A stretch of DNA of 17,782 nucleotides from Candidatus Poribacteria bacterium (GTDB lineage Bacteria > Poribacteria > WGA-4E > UBA9662): positions 1 to 17,782 of the forward strand of contig JAYGDX010000142.1 in the NCBI GenBank assembly GCA_046582655.1, written 5' to 3'. The translations under genes and the position numbers were made by a program. Below the pieces are notes generated by a model. It searched no databases and was not told the origin of the DNA. It worked only from the letters and a program-made list of their open reading frames with translations. Of this stretch, positions 17,684 to 17,782 are shown piece after piece; within the stretch, counting starts at the first letter, position 1, and every line of letters begins with the position of its first letter.

Positions 17684-17782
17684 ATGATGTTGTATATCCC
17701 GCAAATCCAGCGGGTTACCCGCTCAGAGTAGAAGTACGGATGTGTTGCTGCCGCTGTTGGATACGCGCATTTACATTGATGG

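Noticed and set aside
1..17782. CRISPR array, integron cassette array, retron or DGR reverse transcriptase
   Set aside because: No regularly spaced repeats, no attC series, and no cas, integrase or RT motifs were found.

Overview
Bacterial window, most consistent with Candidatus Poribacteria or a similar marine lineage (inferred from HEAT-repeat lipoproteins, DUF6785-type membrane proteins, PhyH paralogs and an FGE-sulfatase remnant). The left ~13.7 kb is a mosaic. A few intact genes (HEAT lipoprotein, CDP-alcohol phosphatidyltransferase with eukaryote-like features, DUF6785-like membrane protein, TauD dioxygenase, DUF309, small lipoprotein) sit among many short decayed fragments (two HEAT halves, beta-propeller glycosidase, VIT1, IS630, FGE-sulfatase, DUF6784 tail, TCAF/M60 peptidase, DUF5990). 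The right ~4 kb is a GC-richer minus-strand cluster: pentapeptide protein, uxuA, a chimeric ORF, two PhyH-family dioxygenases (one HxD, one with a halogenase-like HxG) and a truncated second uxuA-like gene. At the junction lies an unannotated ~160-nt minus-strand multi-helix element with a canonical tRNA T-arm, the best candidate here for an undescribed structured RNA. Family assignments are from motif recognition by eye; no searches or folding programs were run.
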